Shown: positions 1 to 11,108, numbered from the stretch's first letter. The stretch is 64,000 bases of DNA from an uncultured Enterobacterales bacterium (GCA_964424565.1 CAYRIZ010000001.1:27450-91449), one strand, 5' to 3'. Translations and numbers: made by a program. Notes: a model not told the origin generated them from the sequence alone.

Positions 1-397
1 GCGCCAGATCTATAAAGGCCGGATCGAGAGAAATATCCCGGTGATTGGAAATAAAAAGATAACCGGTATTTTTATCCAGCTTATCAAAGCCCTCAAACTG
101 CACGCCGTCGGTGGTGGTAGCTATGGTGTGGTGCATGAAACCGGCCACCTTTTTCTGAAAGTCCGCTATGGTTTTGATCTGACTGCAGCTGCGGATCAGA
201 TACTGCCTTACCAGGGGCTTTAAGATAAAAGGACAGAGTTTGGAGAGTGTGGGATAGCGGAAATTGATAATTCCCTGCAGCAGCTCACGGTCATTGCAGA
301 TCTTCATCAGCTCGGTGGACACCTCGCTGTCATGGCAGGGTCTGATATCTTCAAAGATCGGATCATCACTGCTTACTGCAATGGGTTGCACAGCCAT
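1..397 (-). CDS. Acyltransferase of the PlsC/lysophospholipid acyltransferase family (N-terminal part; gene runs off the left edge)
   Basis: Absent from the ORF track because it has no in-window stop. Hand translation of the minus strand from ATG at 397 (GAGGA about 7 nt upstream) gives MAVQPIAVSSDDPIFEDIRPCHDSE...KNTGYLFISNHRDISLDPAFIDLA, open to position 1. NHRDISLD fits the HX4D acyltransferase motif. Confidence 0.55.
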   Translation of the reverse strand, partial: MAVQPIAVSSDDPIFEDIRPCHDSEVSTELMKICNDRELLQGIINFRYPTLSKLCPFILKPLVRQYLIRSCSQIKTIADFQKKVAGFMHHTIATTTDGVQFEGFDKLDKNTGYLFISNHRDISLDPAFIDLA

Positions 398-662
398 GTT
401 AGTCCTCGTAATGTAAATAATGACTTGGGATTTGCGACAAAAACGCGCGTGATTATAGCGCAAATCGATTCGGCGTTTTCTGCCGCCGGTCTTATTTTGC
501 CATTTTATGCCGCTCTTGTGAAAGGCATCCGGGCGCCGCACAGATGAGAAGATCAAACATGCGGCACGGATCGCACGACAGGCAGCCTGCAGACCTGGCG
601 CAGCAAGTGATCAGATCTCAAAGCCCAGGATCAGCCCTACAGGCGCAGCAGGAACCGGCCCA

Positions 663-696
663 GAAAACAAAATCCCCACCGGCATACCGGCAGGGA
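663..696 (-). terminator. Rho-independent terminator downstream of glgC
   Basis: Minus strand reads tccctgccggtatgccggtgggga followed by ttttgttttc. This is a hairpin with an internal loop plus a T-rich tail, about 55 nt after the glgC stop. Confidence 0.5.
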
Positions 697-750
697 CCTT
701 GGTAATTTAACCGCTGCACTTCTGCAGCCTGTGGGTCTCAGCCCTCAGGA

Positions 751-2073
751 TTAGACATACAGCTGAGCGGCAGCAGTGTGATAGCTGTCAAAATCCTTGA
801 ACAGCTCAGGCTCGTTTTCACGCAGCTTCTTGAGCATGTCGCGGGTTACGAGCACCACACCGCCCTCAGAGCGGTAGAAGCGGCGGGCATCAACCACCGG
901 ATCTTCACCAATGATGAGACCGCGCGGCAGTTCGCAGCCACGATCCAGCACTACCTTGGTCAGACGGCAGCCGCGGTGTACTACGCAGGAAGGCAGAACC
1001 ACAGCATCAGTCAGGAAGCAGTTGGAGTGCACACGGGCGGCGGAGAAGAGCACGGAGTGCACAATGGAAGAGCCGGACACAATGCAGCCTGCGGAGGTCA
1101 CGGCATTTCTCACAATGGAGGAAGTGCCGTTGATGTCCTGCACGAACTTGGCCGGCGGCATCTGCACCTGATGAGTCCAGATAGGCCAGCTGGTATCGTA
1201 GACGTCCAGCTGAGGCTGTACGGAGGCTATATCCATGTTGGCTTCCCAGTAGGCATCGATGGTACCGACGTCACGCCAGTAGGCGATTTCCGGGCAGCCC
1301 TTGTTGCGGATGCAGGAAATGGAGAAGTCATGGGCATAGCACAGGCGCTGCTTCACCAGAGCCGGGATGATGTCCATGCCGAAGTCACGGTGTGAGCCTT
1401 CAGTTTCGGCATCCTTCTGCAGGATATCGTAGAGGAAGTCTGCATCAAAGCAGTAAATACCCATGGAAGCCAGAGACATGTCCGGATTGCCGGGCATGGC
1501 AGGAGGATCCTTGGGCTTCTCCACGAAATTGGTAATGGTACCATCCTGATCCACAGCCATGACACCGTAGCCGGTGGCATCCTGACGCGGGGTGGGGATG
1601 CAGGCAATGGTCAGCGGCTTACCGTGTTTGATGTGATCGAGCACCAGCTCGGCATAGTCCATCTTATAGATGTGGTCGCCGGCCAGGATCACTATGTACT
1701 TGGGATTGTGATCCCTGATGATGTCGATGTTCTGATAAACAGCATCGGCAGTGCCCTGATACCAGTGTTCCTCGTCTACACGCTGCTGAGCCGGGAGCAG
1801 GTCAATAAACTCATTGAACTGATTTCTGAGAAATGACCAGCCGGACTGCAGGTGACGCAGCAGACTGTGGGACTTGTACTGGGTTACGACACCAATACGG
1901 CTGATGCCGGAGTTGACACAGTTGGACAGAGCAAAATCGATGATTCTGAACTTACCGCCGAAAAATACTGCCGGCTTGGCACGTCTGTCGGTCAGCATGC
2001 GAAGTCTGCTGCCACGGCCGCCTGCGAGCACTAAAGCCAGAGTTTGCTTTGCAACGTCACGAGCGTTATCCAC
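751..2073 (-). CDS. glgC: Glucose-1-phosphate adenylyltransferase (ADP-glucose pyrophosphorylase), canonical copy
   Basis: 440 aa. N-terminal [44 protein letters not shown] and [17 protein letters not shown] motifs match enterobacterial GlgC along the full length. Confidence 0.95.
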   Translation of the reverse strand: MDNARDVAKQTLALVLAGGRGSRLRMLTDRRAKPAVFFGGKFRIIDFALSNCVNSGISRIGVVTQYKSHSLLRHLQSGWSFLRNQFNEFIDLLPAQQRVDEEHWYQGTADAVYQNIDIIRDHNPKYIVILAGDHIYKMDYAELVLDHIKHGKPLTIACIPTPRQDATGYGVMAVDQDGTITNFVEKPKDPPAMPGNPDMSLASMGIYCFDADFLYDILQKDAETEGSHRDFGMDIIPALVKQRLCYAHDFSISCIRNKGCPEIAYWRDVGTIDAYWEANMDIASVQPQLDVYDTSWPIWTHQVQMPPAKFVQDINGTSSIVRNAVTSAGCIVSGSSIVHSVLFSAARVHSNCFLTDAVVLPSCVVHRGCRLTKVVLDRGCELPRGLIIGEDPVVDARRFYRSEGGVVLVTRDMLKKLRENEPELFKDFDSYHTAAAQLYV

Positions 2074-2412
2074 TTAACACCTCATTACTTAATAGTTGAT
2101 AATTTTCTGGTGATCATATTTTGGAACATCAGCCCCGTCTTTAGCTAAAGGAGTGTGCAAAATTTTGAGTGCGGTCAAATTTTGAAAAAATTTGTCTTAT
2201 GAAAAATGAGACTCCTGACCAATTTTATTGTTGCAAATAAAAAAGCCCGCCTGCCGCCCCGCATCTAAATCGGCCGGGTTGTCAGGGATCGTAGCCGGCC
2301 TGCCAAAAACTCTTGGGCCGCCGGCTGCCCAGGTCTGCTGTCTGCAGACCGGCATAAATTTCCTGCAGGTTAAAATTTTGAAATTTCACCCCAGGCGGAG
2401 GCGGGCTGCGGT

Positions 2413-2441
2413 TTGGCCCCCTGCCCCATGACTGGTACAAT
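2413..2441 (+). promoter_or_regulatory. Predicted sigma70 promoter for mtnN
   Basis: TTGGCC (2413..2418), a 17 bp spacer, then TACAAT (2436..2441), about 55 nt upstream of the mtnN ATG. Prediction from sequence only. Confidence 0.35.
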
Positions 2442-2496
2442 GTGCAGAAAAATCAAAAGCATACCGCCCGGGCGGAATCAAAGAGGAGGACATCAC

Positions 2497-3189
2497 ATGT
2501 ACGGCATCATAGGAGCCCTGGATGAAGAAGTTCAGAGCCTGCAGCAGGCTCTTGAAGACAGGGAAGATCATAAAATCGGTCCCTATACCATGAGCTGCGG
2601 CAGGCTGGCCGGCCGGGAGGTAGTGATCTGCCGCAGCGGCATAGGCAAAGTGGCCGCCGGCAACTGCGCTGCCCTGATGGCCGCCTGCTTTAAGGTCCGG
2701 GCCCTCATCAACACCGGTGCGGCCGGCGGACTCATCCCGGGCATGAAGATAGGTGATCTCATCCTCTGCACTGCCGCAGCCCAGCATGACTTTGACCTGC
2801 AGGTCTTCAATTACGCCCGCGGGCAAATTCCCGGTCACGAGCCGCTCATCAAATCCGATGCCGCGCTGCTTGACTGCGCCCGCCGGGCTGCTGCCGCCGC
2901 CGGTCTGCCCGCTCCTTTTGAAGGCATAGTCTTAAGCGGAGATCAATTCATCTCCAGCGATGAAAAATGCGCTGAGTTCAAAAAGAATTTCCCCGGCTGT
3001 GCCGCCGTGGAAATGGAAGGCGCGGCCGTGGCCCAGACCGCTGAGGATTTTGGCATTCCCTTCCTGGTTATACGTGCCGTATCAGACTGTGCCGATCAGC
3101 ACGGTGCCGTATCCTATGATGAGTTCTCCCGCACCGCCTCGCTTAAAAGTGCCGCTTTGGTACAGGCACTGCTGAGTGAACTGAAGTGA
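2497..3189 (+). CDS. mtnN: 5'-methylthioadenosine/S-adenosylhomocysteine nucleosidase
   Basis: MYGIIGALDEEVQSL...GIGKVAAGNCAALM...AVEMEGAAVAQ is typical of Pfs/MtnN. Start moved to ATG 2497 (SD AGAGGAGGA just upstream), giving 230 aa versus 232 aa in E. coli. The ORF-track start at 2413 adds 28 non-conserved residues. Confidence 0.9.
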   Translation: MYGIIGALDEEVQSLQQALEDREDHKIGPYTMSCGRLAGREVVICRSGIGKVAAGNCAALMAACFKVRALINTGAAGGLIPGMKIGDLILCTAAAQHDFDLQVFNYARGQIPGHEPLIKSDAALLDCARRAAAAAGLPAPFEGIVLSGDQFISSDEKCAEFKKNFPGCAAVEMEGAAVAQTAEDFGIPFLVIRAVSDCADQHGAVSYDEFSRTASLKSAALVQALLSELK

Positions 3190-3241
3190 TCCTGCACACA
3201 ATCTGCAGCAATCAAGACTAAAGCCGGGGGAGGATGGAACA

Positions 3242-3922
3242 ATGGATGCAGGCAGCGGAGACCAGAACAATAACAATAACGATCAGGATTTTGCAGCGGC
3301 CATGGCCGGCCTGGACCTGAAACAGGGTGATGACACTTCCTTTGCCGATTTGATGCGCGGTGAAGGCATCACCAGAATGGCCCAGGACAAAATAGCCGGC
3401 AGCAGCCCCCTGCTGGACAAAAACACGGCCAAAATCAGACAGGAGGCGGCCACCACCGACAGGGAGCAGCTGGAGCTGGAGGCTTCATCGGCCTTTGTCC
3501 CCATGGTAGATCCCAATGAGGTGCTGTCATTCAGGCGCAGCGGCGTGCAGCCCTATGTGCTCACCCGCCTGAAAAAAGGCGAATATATAGAAGCAGACTA
3601 CATAGATCTGCACGGCAAAACAGTAGAGCAGGCCTACGATTTGGTCATGCGTTTTCTGGAACATGCCAGGCGCGAGGAGTTCCGCTGCGTGCTGATCATT
3701 CACGGCAAAGGCAGCCGGGGACCGCAGCGGGCCCTGCTGAAAAGCTATACCGCGCACTGGCTGCGGCAGATCCCTGAAGTGCAGGCCTTTCACAGTGCGC
3801 CGGCCTGGAAGGGCGGTACAGGTTCAGTGCTGGTGATCTTAAAGAAAGGAGACAAGAGCCGGGCGGAAACCCGCGAGCTGCATTCGCGCCGGCAGATCTC
3901 CCGCAGCACCGGCTGGAAATAG
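3242..3922 (+). CDS. smrB: Smr-domain endonuclease (SmrB/YfcN-like)
   Basis: C-terminal DLHGKTVEQAYDLVMRFLEHARREEFRCVLIIHGKG...LLKSYTAHWLRQIPEVQAFHSAP matches the Smr domain and aligns with E. coli SmrB. The N-terminal region is low complexity (NNNNN, acidic). Confidence 0.8.
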   Translation: MDAGSGDQNNNNNDQDFAAAMAGLDLKQGDDTSFADLMRGEGITRMAQDKIAGSSPLLDKNTAKIRQEAATTDREQLELEASSAFVPMVDPNEVLSFRRSGVQPYVLTRLKKGEYIEADYIDLHGKTVEQAYDLVMRFLEHARREEFRCVLIIHGKGSRGPQRALLKSYTAHWLRQIPEVQAFHSAPAWKGGTGSVLVILKKGDKSRAETRELHSRRQISRSTGWK

Positions 3923-3951
3923 ATACTGCCAAGGCACATCAATCAATCAGT

Positions 3952-3980
3952 AAAAAGGCAGGGATTTCGCCCTGCCTTAT
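3952..3980. terminator. Hairpin terminator between convergent smrB and asd
   Basis: aaggcaggg (3955..3963) pairs with ccctgcctt (3970..3978) across a 6 nt loop. An A-run lies on the left (a T-run for the minus-strand asd transcript) and a short T-rich tail on the right. Confidence 0.5.
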
Positions 3981-4005
3981 GCATCTGTAATCTGTAAACT
4001 GCAGC

Positions 4006-5127
4006 TTAAGCGCAGAGAATGCGCAGCATGCGTCTTAAAGGCTCGGCGGCACCCCAGAGCAGCTGATCACCCACAGTGAAGGCGGACAGATAAAGATCGC
4101 CCATCATCATCTTGCGCAGGCGGCCAATAGGCACATTCAGGGAGCCTGAGACCTTGGCCGGAGTGAGTTCCTGCAGCGTGACTTCCTTGTCATTGGGGAT
4201 AACGCGTACCCACTCATTCTGGGCGCGGATCAGATCCTCGATCTCGCTTATGGCCACATTCTTCTTGAGCTTGATGGTCAGGGACTGACTGTGACAGCGC
4301 ATGGAGCTGATGCGCACGCAGTTGCCGTCAACCGGCACGGTGCCGGGCTGCAGACCCAGGATCTTGTTGGTCTCGGCCATGCCCTTCCACTCCTCGCGGC
4401 TCTGACCATTTTCCAGCTGCTTGTCAATCCAGGGCAGCACGGAGCCGGCCAGCGGAGCGGTGAAATTGTCCACCGGGAACTCCGGGGCATTCATGCAGGC
4501 GCGGACCTTGCGCTCTATATCGAGTATGGAGGAGGCGGGATCGGCCAGCTCCTCGGCGGCACACTGATACAGGCAGCCCATCTGCACCAGCAGCTCGCGC
4601 ATGTTGCGGGCACCGGCGCCGGAAGCGGCCTGATAGGTGGAAGAGGAGATCCACTCGATCAAATCAGCCTCAAAGAGGCCGGCTAAGGCCATCAGCATCA
4701 GGCTGACGGTGCAGTTGCCGCCCACAAAGGTACGGCCGCCCTTGTTTAAGGACTCATCTATTACTGCACGGTTGACCGGGTCGAGAATAATGACGCTCTC
4801 ATCCTTCATGCGCAGGGTGGAGGCGGCATCAATCCAGTAGCCCTGCCAGCCGCTGGCGCGCAGTTTGGGATAAACGGCGGTAGTGTAATCACCACCCTGG
4901 CAGGTGATGATGATGTCCATAGCCTTTAAGGCTTCCAGATCATAGGCATCAAGCAGAGTGCCTGCTGCTGCCCCGTCAAAGGCGGGGGCACTGCAGCCTG
5001 CCTGAGAGGTTGAGAAAAAGTGAGGAGTGACACCAGTTTGAGCAATGTCATGTTCCTGCTGCATGCGTTCCATCAGCACGGAACCTACCATGCCGCGCCA
5101 GCCGATGAGACCTAAATTCTTTGCCAT
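4006..5127 (-). CDS. asd: Aspartate-semialdehyde dehydrogenase
   Basis: 373 aa. [22 protein letters not shown]...[13 protein letters not shown]...[17 protein letters not shown] is nearly colinear with E. coli Asd. Confidence 0.97.
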   Translation of the reverse strand: MAKNLGLIGWRGMVGSVLMERMQQEHDIAQTGVTPHFFSTSQAGCSAPAFDGAAAGTLLDAYDLEALKAMDIIITCQGGDYTTAVYPKLRASGWQGYWIDAASTLRMKDESVIILDPVNRAVIDESLNKGGRTFVGGNCTVSLMLMALAGLFEADLIEWISSSTYQAASGAGARNMRELLVQMGCLYQCAAEELADPASSILDIERKVRACMNAPEFPVDNFTAPLAGSVLPWIDKQLENGQSREEWKGMAETNKILGLQPGTVPVDGNCVRISSMRCHSQSLTIKLKKNVAISEIEDLIRAQNEWVRVIPNDKEVTLQELTPAKVSGSLNVPIGRLRKMMMGDLYLSAFTVGDQLLWGAAEPLRRMLRILCA

Positions 5128-5277
5128 ATTTTCCAGGCACCTTTTCTCCCCGATTGCCCGGACAGGCGGGGTGAAGTGCCAGCTCCTGTTAAAGTTAAAA
5201 TTTCTGCGCGCCCGGCAGTCATTAATATGCGGAAAATGCGGTTGTGCTGCCGCAGATTAAAGCCGTCAACAGCTTGT

Positions 5278-5748
5278 TTATTCTGCTGCCTGCCGCAGCG
5301 GACATTGAGTAAGACTGTAGCGGCGCTCAAATGAGCCGTCGCTGCCCTGTAATAATACAGTCAGCTTTTTACCTGAGGCAATAATATGATAAAACTGCTG
5401 ATTTTTGCACAAAGCGGGTGCATTTTTAACAATTTGATCGAGGATTTGATCCCGCTCACTGACAGAAACATCACCAAATGCTTCAGGACTGCGCACAAAG
5501 GTCAGCACCACCTCTCCTGCCTGTTCCTCCACCGCGGTAAGAGAGGTGTGGGCATCTATACGCACCGGCAGATTAAGATCGAACAGCGAGGGCTCTTCAG
5601 ACGATCTGAAAAAGGTGCTGTAGAGACAAAAAGCCCCGAACAGCACGGCTGCCACCGCATAAACCCGCCAGTTGAGCTGCAGATACTGCAGCCTGAATTT
5701 AAGCCGCCGGCCCCACCCCGGCTCCCTGCCTGACTGCTCTGCCGTCAT
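5278..5748 (-). CDS. Hypothetical membrane-anchored protein
   Basis: 156 aa ORF with one N-proximal hydrophobic helix (VYAVAAVLFGAFCLYSTFF) and a soluble C-terminal part. I recognise no family. Coding-like composition, and no competing ORF with homology. Confidence 0.45.
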   Translation of the reverse strand: MTAEQSGREPGWGRRLKFRLQYLQLNWRVYAVAAVLFGAFCLYSTFFRSSEEPSLFDLNLPVRIDAHTSLTAVEEQAGEVVLTFVRSPEAFGDVSVSERDQILDQIVKNAPALCKNQQFYHIIASGKKLTVLLQGSDGSFERRYSLTQCPLRQAAE

Positions 5749-5849
5749 GTAAGCCCGTCCTGTAAAATGTTATGATCGCCTGCAGCCGCGGTCCCCTGAC
5801 TGCCGTCTGCGCCGCCCGGCCCGCACCACTGAGGAAACAAGCAGAAACC

Positions 5850-7661
5850 ATGTCTACTTTTATTATCGGAAAAGATGCCCCGCTTGAGGAGACTTTAAGC
5901 CGCTTTAAGGGCATCATACAAAATCTGGGCTTAAATCTGAAGGAAAGTCACTGGCTCAACCCGCTGCCCGGGCTGTGGTCCGTACTGCTGACTGACACCC
6001 GCCTGCCGCATGTGATCTTCTCCAACGGCAAGGGAGCCTCCCGCCTGGCCGCCCTGTGCTCGGCCTACGGCGAAATGCTCGAACGCCTGTCTGCTCATGC
6101 CTTTTTTGCCGATTATTTCCTGGGCCAGGCCAATGCCCTGGAGGACAAGGTACATTTTTCCGATGAGCGCTGGACCCCCCTGCCCGATCCTGAGGCTGAA
6201 GATCAGCAGGAAGGGGAACTGCCCTCCGACATCTTAAATGCCTCCCTGCGCCGCTTCTACAGTCAGGAGGCCGGCATCAGCCTGTATGATCTGGTGGATT
6301 TGGGCTCCTCCGCCGTCAGCCGCGGCATCTGCTCCATCCCCTTTACCAATGCCCGCAACGGCGAGGTGGTGTATTTTCCCATCAACCTGCTGGACAACCT
6401 CTACGGCTCCAACGGCATGAGCGCCGGCAATACGCAGTTTGAGGCCCTGACTCAGGCGCTATCCGAGATCATAGAGCGCTACGTCAAGAGGGAAATCATC
6501 AGCAAGGGACTGGCCCTGCCGCCCATTCCCGATCACATTCTGCGCCTCAATCAGACTTCCTATGAAACCCTGCAGGGTCTGCAGGGCGACAATATCAAGG
6601 TAATCTGCTACGACGCCTCCCTGGGCGGGCGCTTCCCTGTCATCTGCGCGGTGCTGTTCAATCAGTCCAATGGTACCTGTGCCGCCGCCTTCGGGGCCCA
6701 TCCCATTTTTGCCGTAGCCTTGGAGCGCACCTTAACCGAGCTGATGCAGGGCCGCTCCTTTATGGATTTGGACAGCTTTGATGAACCCAGCTTCGATCTG
6801 GAAATGTGTGCCGATCCGGTCAATCTGGAAGGTCACTTCGTCTCCTCCACCGGCCTGCTGCCCCTGCGCATGTTCAAGGATCAGCCTGACTTTAAGTTCG
6901 TGCACTGGGATTTCAACAGCACCACCCACGATCAGTACAAGGCCCTGCGCTACATGATAGACAAGCTGGGCTTTGAGATTTATGTGCGCGCTTATCATGG
7001 TCTGGGAGTTCCGGCCTACCGCGTGATCGTGCCCGGCATGTCCGAGGTTTATCCCCTGGATGATCTCAGCTGGAACAATCTGGCTCAGGCGGCAGATTAT
7101 CAGGAAGATCTGCTCTCGCTGCCCGCCGGCACGGAAACCCCGGAAGCTTATGCCCGCTATCTGGAGGAGCTGGAGGAAAACGCCCCCTTTGCCGATGAGG
7201 ATTTGATCGCCCCGGCTCTGGGCATCCTGACCGAGCCCGGCACTCCCTGGGCACAGCTGCGCGCCGGCGAGCTCAAATGCCTGCTGGCCCTGGCAGCAGG
7301 TGACTGGGACAAAGCCCTGGAATACGCCGGCTGGACCTGCAGATTCAATCAGCATGAGTTCAAATTAAACCGCCTGACCTTTTACCGCTGCCTGATTCGG
7401 GCCCTGGAGCTGAAGACCAGGCAGGATCTGCAGGAGGCAGAATACAGCCGGACGCTGGAGCTCATTTACGGCCCCGCCGTCACCGCCCAGGTGCTGGCCC
7501 ATATCAGCGGCACAGCCAAATTCAACGGCCTGGTGCCCTCCAGCCCCAATCTGGAGAATTTTGCCGATCATCAGGCCCTGCTGGCCGTGTTCAAAAAGGT
7601 CAAACAGACCGAGCTGGACTATGCCCGCAGCCAGCAGACTACAGACACAGCCGCCGGCTGA
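5850..7661 (+). CDS. ycaO: YcaO-family protein (E. coli YcaO type, not linked to a RiPP cluster)
   Basis: MSTFIIGKDAPLEETLSRFKGII...NGKGASRLAALCSAYGEMLERLS...NGMSAGNT...ALERTLTELMQGR...RVIVPGMSEVYP aligns along its whole length with E. coli YcaO. Start set to ATG 5850, which matches the E. coli N-terminus. Confidence 0.9.
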   Translation: MSTFIIGKDAPLEETLSRFKGIIQNLGLNLKESHWLNPLPGLWSVLLTDTRLPHVIFSNGKGASRLAALCSAYGEMLERLSAHAFFADYFLGQANALEDKVHFSDERWTPLPDPEAEDQQEGELPSDILNASLRRFYSQEAGISLYDLVDLGSSAVSRGICSIPFTNARNGEVVYFPINLLDNLYGSNGMSAGNTQFEALTQALSEIIERYVKREIISKGLALPPIPDHILRLNQTSYETLQGLQGDNIKVICYDASLGGRFPVICAVLFNQSNGTCAAAFGAHPIFAVALERTLTELMQGRSFMDLDSFDEPSFDLEMCADPVNLEGHFVSSTGLLPLRMFKDQPDFKFVHWDFNSTTHDQYKALRYMIDKLGFEIYVRAYHGLGVPAYRVIVPGMSEVYPLDDLSWNNLAQAADYQEDLLSLPAGTETPEAYARYLEELEENAPFADEDLIAPALGILTEPGTPWAQLRAGELKCLLALAAGDWDKALEYAGWTCRFNQHEFKLNRLTFYRCLIRALELKTRQDLQEAEYSRTLELIYGPAVTAQVLAHISGTAKFNGLVPSSPNLENFADHQALLAVFKKVKQTELDYARSQQTTDTAAG

Positions 7662-7675
7662 AGCGCAAAGCAAAG

Positions 7676-8269
7676 ATGATGAAAAAATCAATTGCCGCCG
7701 TACTGGGACTGGCCGCCGCGCTGATTTTGGGCGGCTGTCAGAGCGGACTGGAGAGCACAGCCGTCAGCACCGATGCGGCCTACTGGCAGCAGATGCAGCA
7801 GAAATTGTCTGCAGTAAGTCACCTGAGCCTGCGCGGCCGGCTGGGGCTGAGCGGCGAAACCCGCTTTTCCGCCAATTTTGCGCTGATTTGTGACCAGGAC
7901 CGCCTGCAGCTGACCTTAAGCTCGCCCTTCGGCCTGACCCTGGCCCGGCTGGAGGCCACGGCGCAGGGAGCCTTTTTGGATGACGGCACGCAGATCCTGT
8001 CCGCTCCATCGGCAGATTTACTGCTGCTGCAGCTGCTCGGCCGCTCCATTCCGGCAGAGCGGCTGCGGGACATCATTCTGGGGCTTGATGCCGATCAGGC
8101 ACAAACCTCCCCGCAGGGCCAGCTGCTCTCCGCCCTGTACTCAGGATTTGCCGTCAGCTACGATCGCTACAGCGAATTTCGCGGTTATGCCCTGCCCACC
8201 CTGCTGACCGTACAGCAGAATGACATCACTCTCCGGCTCAGCATCAGTGAGGTACTGGAAATTGACTGA
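7676..8269 (+). CDS. lolB: Outer-membrane lipoprotein LolB
   Basis: Lipoprotein signal MMKKSIAAVLGLAAALILGGC, about 197 aa, in the conserved position immediately upstream of ispE-prs. Confidence 0.8.
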   Translation: MMKKSIAAVLGLAAALILGGCQSGLESTAVSTDAAYWQQMQQKLSAVSHLSLRGRLGLSGETRFSANFALICDQDRLQLTLSSPFGLTLARLEATAQGAFLDDGTQILSAPSADLLLLQLLGRSIPAERLRDIILGLDADQAQTSPQGQLLSALYSGFAVSYDRYSEFRGYALPTLLTVQQNDITLRLSISEVLEID

Positions 8270-9158
8270 AACACTGAAACTGCTCTCCCCCTGCAAGCTT
8301 AATTTGTTTTTGTACATTACCGGCCGCCGTCCGGACGGCTATCACAATCTGCAGACCTTGTTCACCATTCTGGACTACGGCGATGAGATGAGCTTTACTG
8401 CCGATCCCAGCGGCAGCCTGAGCCTGCAGGGTCCCTTCAGCTTCCCTCCTGAGCAGAACACCATCATCAAAGCGCTGCATTTACTGCGGCAGGAAGCTGC
8501 AGCCGCAGGTCACGATACCAGCCGGCTGGGCCTTAAGATCGCAGTGGACAAGCGCATTCCTGAAGGCGGCGGCCTGGGCGGTGGATCTTCCAATGCCGCC
8601 ACGGCCCTGCTGGCGGCCAATGCCCTGTGGGGACTGAATTTCCCTGAAGACAAACTGCTGCAGCTGGGAGTCAGGATAGGCGCCGATGTGCCCATCTTCA
8701 TCAAGGGCTGTCCCTGCTTTGCCGCCGGGGTGGGAGAGCAGCTTACTCCCGTGGATCTGCCGGAGCGCTGGTATGTCACGGCCGCCCCGGAAAACTGCCG
8801 GGTCAATACCGGGCAGGCTTTTGCCGACCCCGAGCTCCGGCGCGACAGTCCGGTACGCTCCTACAGCGAACTGCTCTCTGCCGGCTGGCATAATGATTTT
8901 ACGGATACTGTGGTCAAAAAATATGCAGCAATTGGACACCTATGGTCTATACTGATAAAATACGCGCCACCGCATCTTTCCGGCAGCGGAGCCTCCTGTT
9001 TTATTGAGTTTGCAGACCGGGACGAGGCCTACAGAGCCTATACTCAGCTGCAGCAGCTGCACCGCGGACCAGTCTTCATGGCCCGCAGCGTTAAATGCTC
9101 TCCTGTCGTGAACATCTTGCGCAACATGAACATGTATTCCTCTATTCCAAAGGTTTAA
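8220..9158 (+). CDS. ispE: 4-diphosphocytidyl-2-C-methyl-D-erythritol kinase
   Basis: [55 protein letters not shown] and LSGSGASCF are GHMP-kinase/IspE motifs. The start is uncertain: ATG 8220 overlaps lolB by 50 nt, and GTG 8247 or TTG 8262 would give an N-terminus closer to E. coli IspE. Confidence 0.9.
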   Translation: MTSLSGSASVRYWKLTETLKLLSPCKLNLFLYITGRRPDGYHNLQTLFTILDYGDEMSFTADPSGSLSLQGPFSFPPEQNTIIKALHLLRQEAAAAGHDTSRLGLKIAVDKRIPEGGGLGGGSSNAATALLAANALWGLNFPEDKLLQLGVRIGADVPIFIKGCPCFAAGVGEQLTPVDLPERWYVTAAPENCRVNTGQAFADPELRRDSPVRSYSELLSAGWHNDFTDTVVKKYAAIGHLWSILIKYAPPHLSGSGASCFIEFADRDEAYRAYTQLQQLHRGPVFMARSVKCSPVVNILRNMNMYSSIPKV

Positions 9159-9160
9159 TT

Positions 9161-10114
9161 ATGGCTGATATGAAGCTGTTTGCGGGCAATGCGACGCCGG
9201 AACTGGCCAGGCGCATAGCCGCACGTTTATACACCAGACTGGGCAATGCCACAGTTGACAGATTTTCAGATGGAGAGATCCACGTACAGATCAATGAGAA
9301 TGTACGCGGCTGCGACATCTTCATCATTCAGTCAACCTGTGCCCCGGCCAATGACAACATCATGGAACTCGTAGTCATGATCGATGCCATGCGCCGCGCT
9401 TCTGCAGGCCGCATCACTGCCGTCGTCCCCTATTTCGGCTATGCCCGTCAGGATCGCCGGCTGAGATCAGCCAGAGTGCCCATCACCGCCAAGGTGATAG
9501 CCGACTTCCTCTCCAGCGTAGGTGTAGACCGCGTACTCACCGTGGATCTGCATGCCGAGCAGATTCAGGGCTTCTTTGATGTGCCTGTGGACAACTGCTT
9601 CTCCTCCCAGATTTTTGTGGAGGACATGCTCCAGCAGAATCTGACCAATCCGGTGATCGTCTCTCCGGACATGGGCGGTGTGGTCCGTGCCCGCGCCATA
9701 GCCAAGCTGCTCAACAATGCCGATATTGCCATCATCGACAAGCGCCGTCCGCGCCCGAATGTGTCCGAGGTCATGCACCTCATAGGTGAAGTCAAGGATC
9801 GTGACTGCATCATAGTAGATGACATCATCGACACCGGCGGCACCTTATGCAAGTGCGCCGATGCCTTAAAGGATCGCGGCGCCCTGCACGTCATGGCCTA
9901 TGCCACCCACCCGGTGCTCTCCGGCGATGCCGTCAAGAACTTAAGCAACTCCAAGCTCGACGAGCTGGTAGTCTCCGATTCCATTCCGGCCACCGGCCCC
10001 ATAGCCAAACTGGAGAAGATCCGTTACTTAACTCTGGCTCCCATGCTGGCTGAGGCCATCCGCCGCATCAGCAATGAAGAAAGTATTTCTGCCATGTTCC
10101 AGCAGGAAGTCTGA
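9161..10114 (+). CDS. prs: Ribose-phosphate pyrophosphokinase
   Basis: [23 protein letters not shown]...GYARQDRR...[14 protein letters not shown]. Start at ATG 9161 gives 317 aa, against 315 aa in E. coli. Confidence 0.97.
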   Translation: MADMKLFAGNATPELARRIAARLYTRLGNATVDRFSDGEIHVQINENVRGCDIFIIQSTCAPANDNIMELVVMIDAMRRASAGRITAVVPYFGYARQDRRLRSARVPITAKVIADFLSSVGVDRVLTVDLHAEQIQGFFDVPVDNCFSSQIFVEDMLQQNLTNPVIVSPDMGGVVRARAIAKLLNNADIAIIDKRRPRPNVSEVMHLIGEVKDRDCIIVDDIIDTGGTLCKCADALKDRGALHVMAYATHPVLSGDAVKNLSNSKLDELVVSDSIPATGPIAKLEKIRYLTLAPMLAEAIRRISNEESISAMFQQEV

Positions 10115-10235
10115 TTTGTCTGAGGTCCTGCTGCTCCGGCGGCAGGGCTGTTCCCATCCCTTCAATTCTCCTCTTTTTCCCGCTTCCACTGCTCTTTTTT
10201 CCTTTGCTGCGGCAGCAGATGAGATGGTCTTTGGC

Positions 10236-10985
10236 TCAGCCTACCTGCTCAATGCGTGCCACCTTGAGGTAAGGAGTCAGATGATCTCCTCTGGTGGTAA
10301 TAATGGTCATGTCATCAATTCTGCAGAAGGACACGGCAGTATCGATGCCGAATTTGGAATGATCCGAGAGCAGATAATTCTGCGGACAACGTTCGATCAC
10401 TGCACTCTTAATGGCAGCATCCTCGCCGTCGGTGGTGGAGATGCCGCCCCTGATGGTAATGCCCAGCGCGCCGAAAAAGGCTATGGAAAAGTTGAAGCGG
10501 CGCAGAAATTCCAGCGTATAGCAGCCCTGCAGTCCCTCGGTCAGCTGTTTGATGTGACCCGGGGCTATATTGGCATTCATGCCGGAGCGGGTGAGCACCA
10601 TGGCCTGCTTGAGGCCTATGGTGATATAGGTGGCACTGCGCTCGGTGATGTACTCGCACATCTTTTCGGTGGTGGAGCCGGAATCTATAAAGACCAGATC
10701 ATTGGGCTTGATCAGCGAGGCGGCATACATGCCTATTTTTTCCTTTTCCTTGGAAAAAAGTCCGTAGCGGCGATCGATTAATTCCTCACCACGCCCCAGG
10801 ATGGCAGAAGAGGACTCAGCTCCGCCGCGCACCAGCTTAATCAGCCCGCGCTTGTTCAGCTCGTTGAGATCCCGCCTGAGGGTGGATTCGGAAATCCCTA
10901 TGGCCTCAATCAGATCGGGGAAGGACATACGGGTATTCTCGTTGATAAGTTTTATGATTTTTTCCTGGCGATCGCGGATCAACAT
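10236..10985 (-). CDS. DeoR-family transcriptional regulator, divergent from the allose-type operon
   Basis: N-terminal HTH RQEKIIKLINENTRMSFPDLIEAIGISESTLRRDLNELNKRGLIKLVRGGA plus a DeoR C-terminal sugar-phosphate sensor domain. Start chosen at ATG 10985 (249 aa, typical length). ATG 11033 or 11108 are alternatives. Confidence 0.85.
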   Translation of the reverse strand: MLIRDRQEKIIKLINENTRMSFPDLIEAIGISESTLRRDLNELNKRGLIKLVRGGAESSSAILGRGEELIDRRYGLFSKEKEKIGMYAASLIKPNDLVFIDSGSTTEKMCEYITERSATYITIGLKQAMVLTRSGMNANIAPGHIKQLTEGLQGCYTLEFLRRFNFSIAFFGALGITIRGGISTTDGEDAAIKSAVIERCPQNYLLSDHSKFGIDTAVSFCRIDDMTIITTRGDHLTPYLKVARIEQVG

Positions 10986-11108
10986 CGTGCTGTGTTCCAA
11001 TGTATTTGTTTTAACTGAGGTCTGAGAGTTCATCTTATCTGATTTTCCAAATCCCGCAACGCAGGCATGTCGTAAAAACTCAAATAATGTCAAATACTGG
11101 TGAAGCAA

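Noticed and set aside
41-547. Plus-strand ORFs 41..223 and 332..547 from the track
   Set aside because: The minus strand of 1..397 encodes an open frame with an acyltransferase HX4D motif and a good SD. The plus-strand ORFs are short and featureless.
10074-10781. 235 aa plus-strand ORF antisense to the DeoR regulator
   Set aside because: The minus-strand frame has a clear DeoR HTH and sensor domain.
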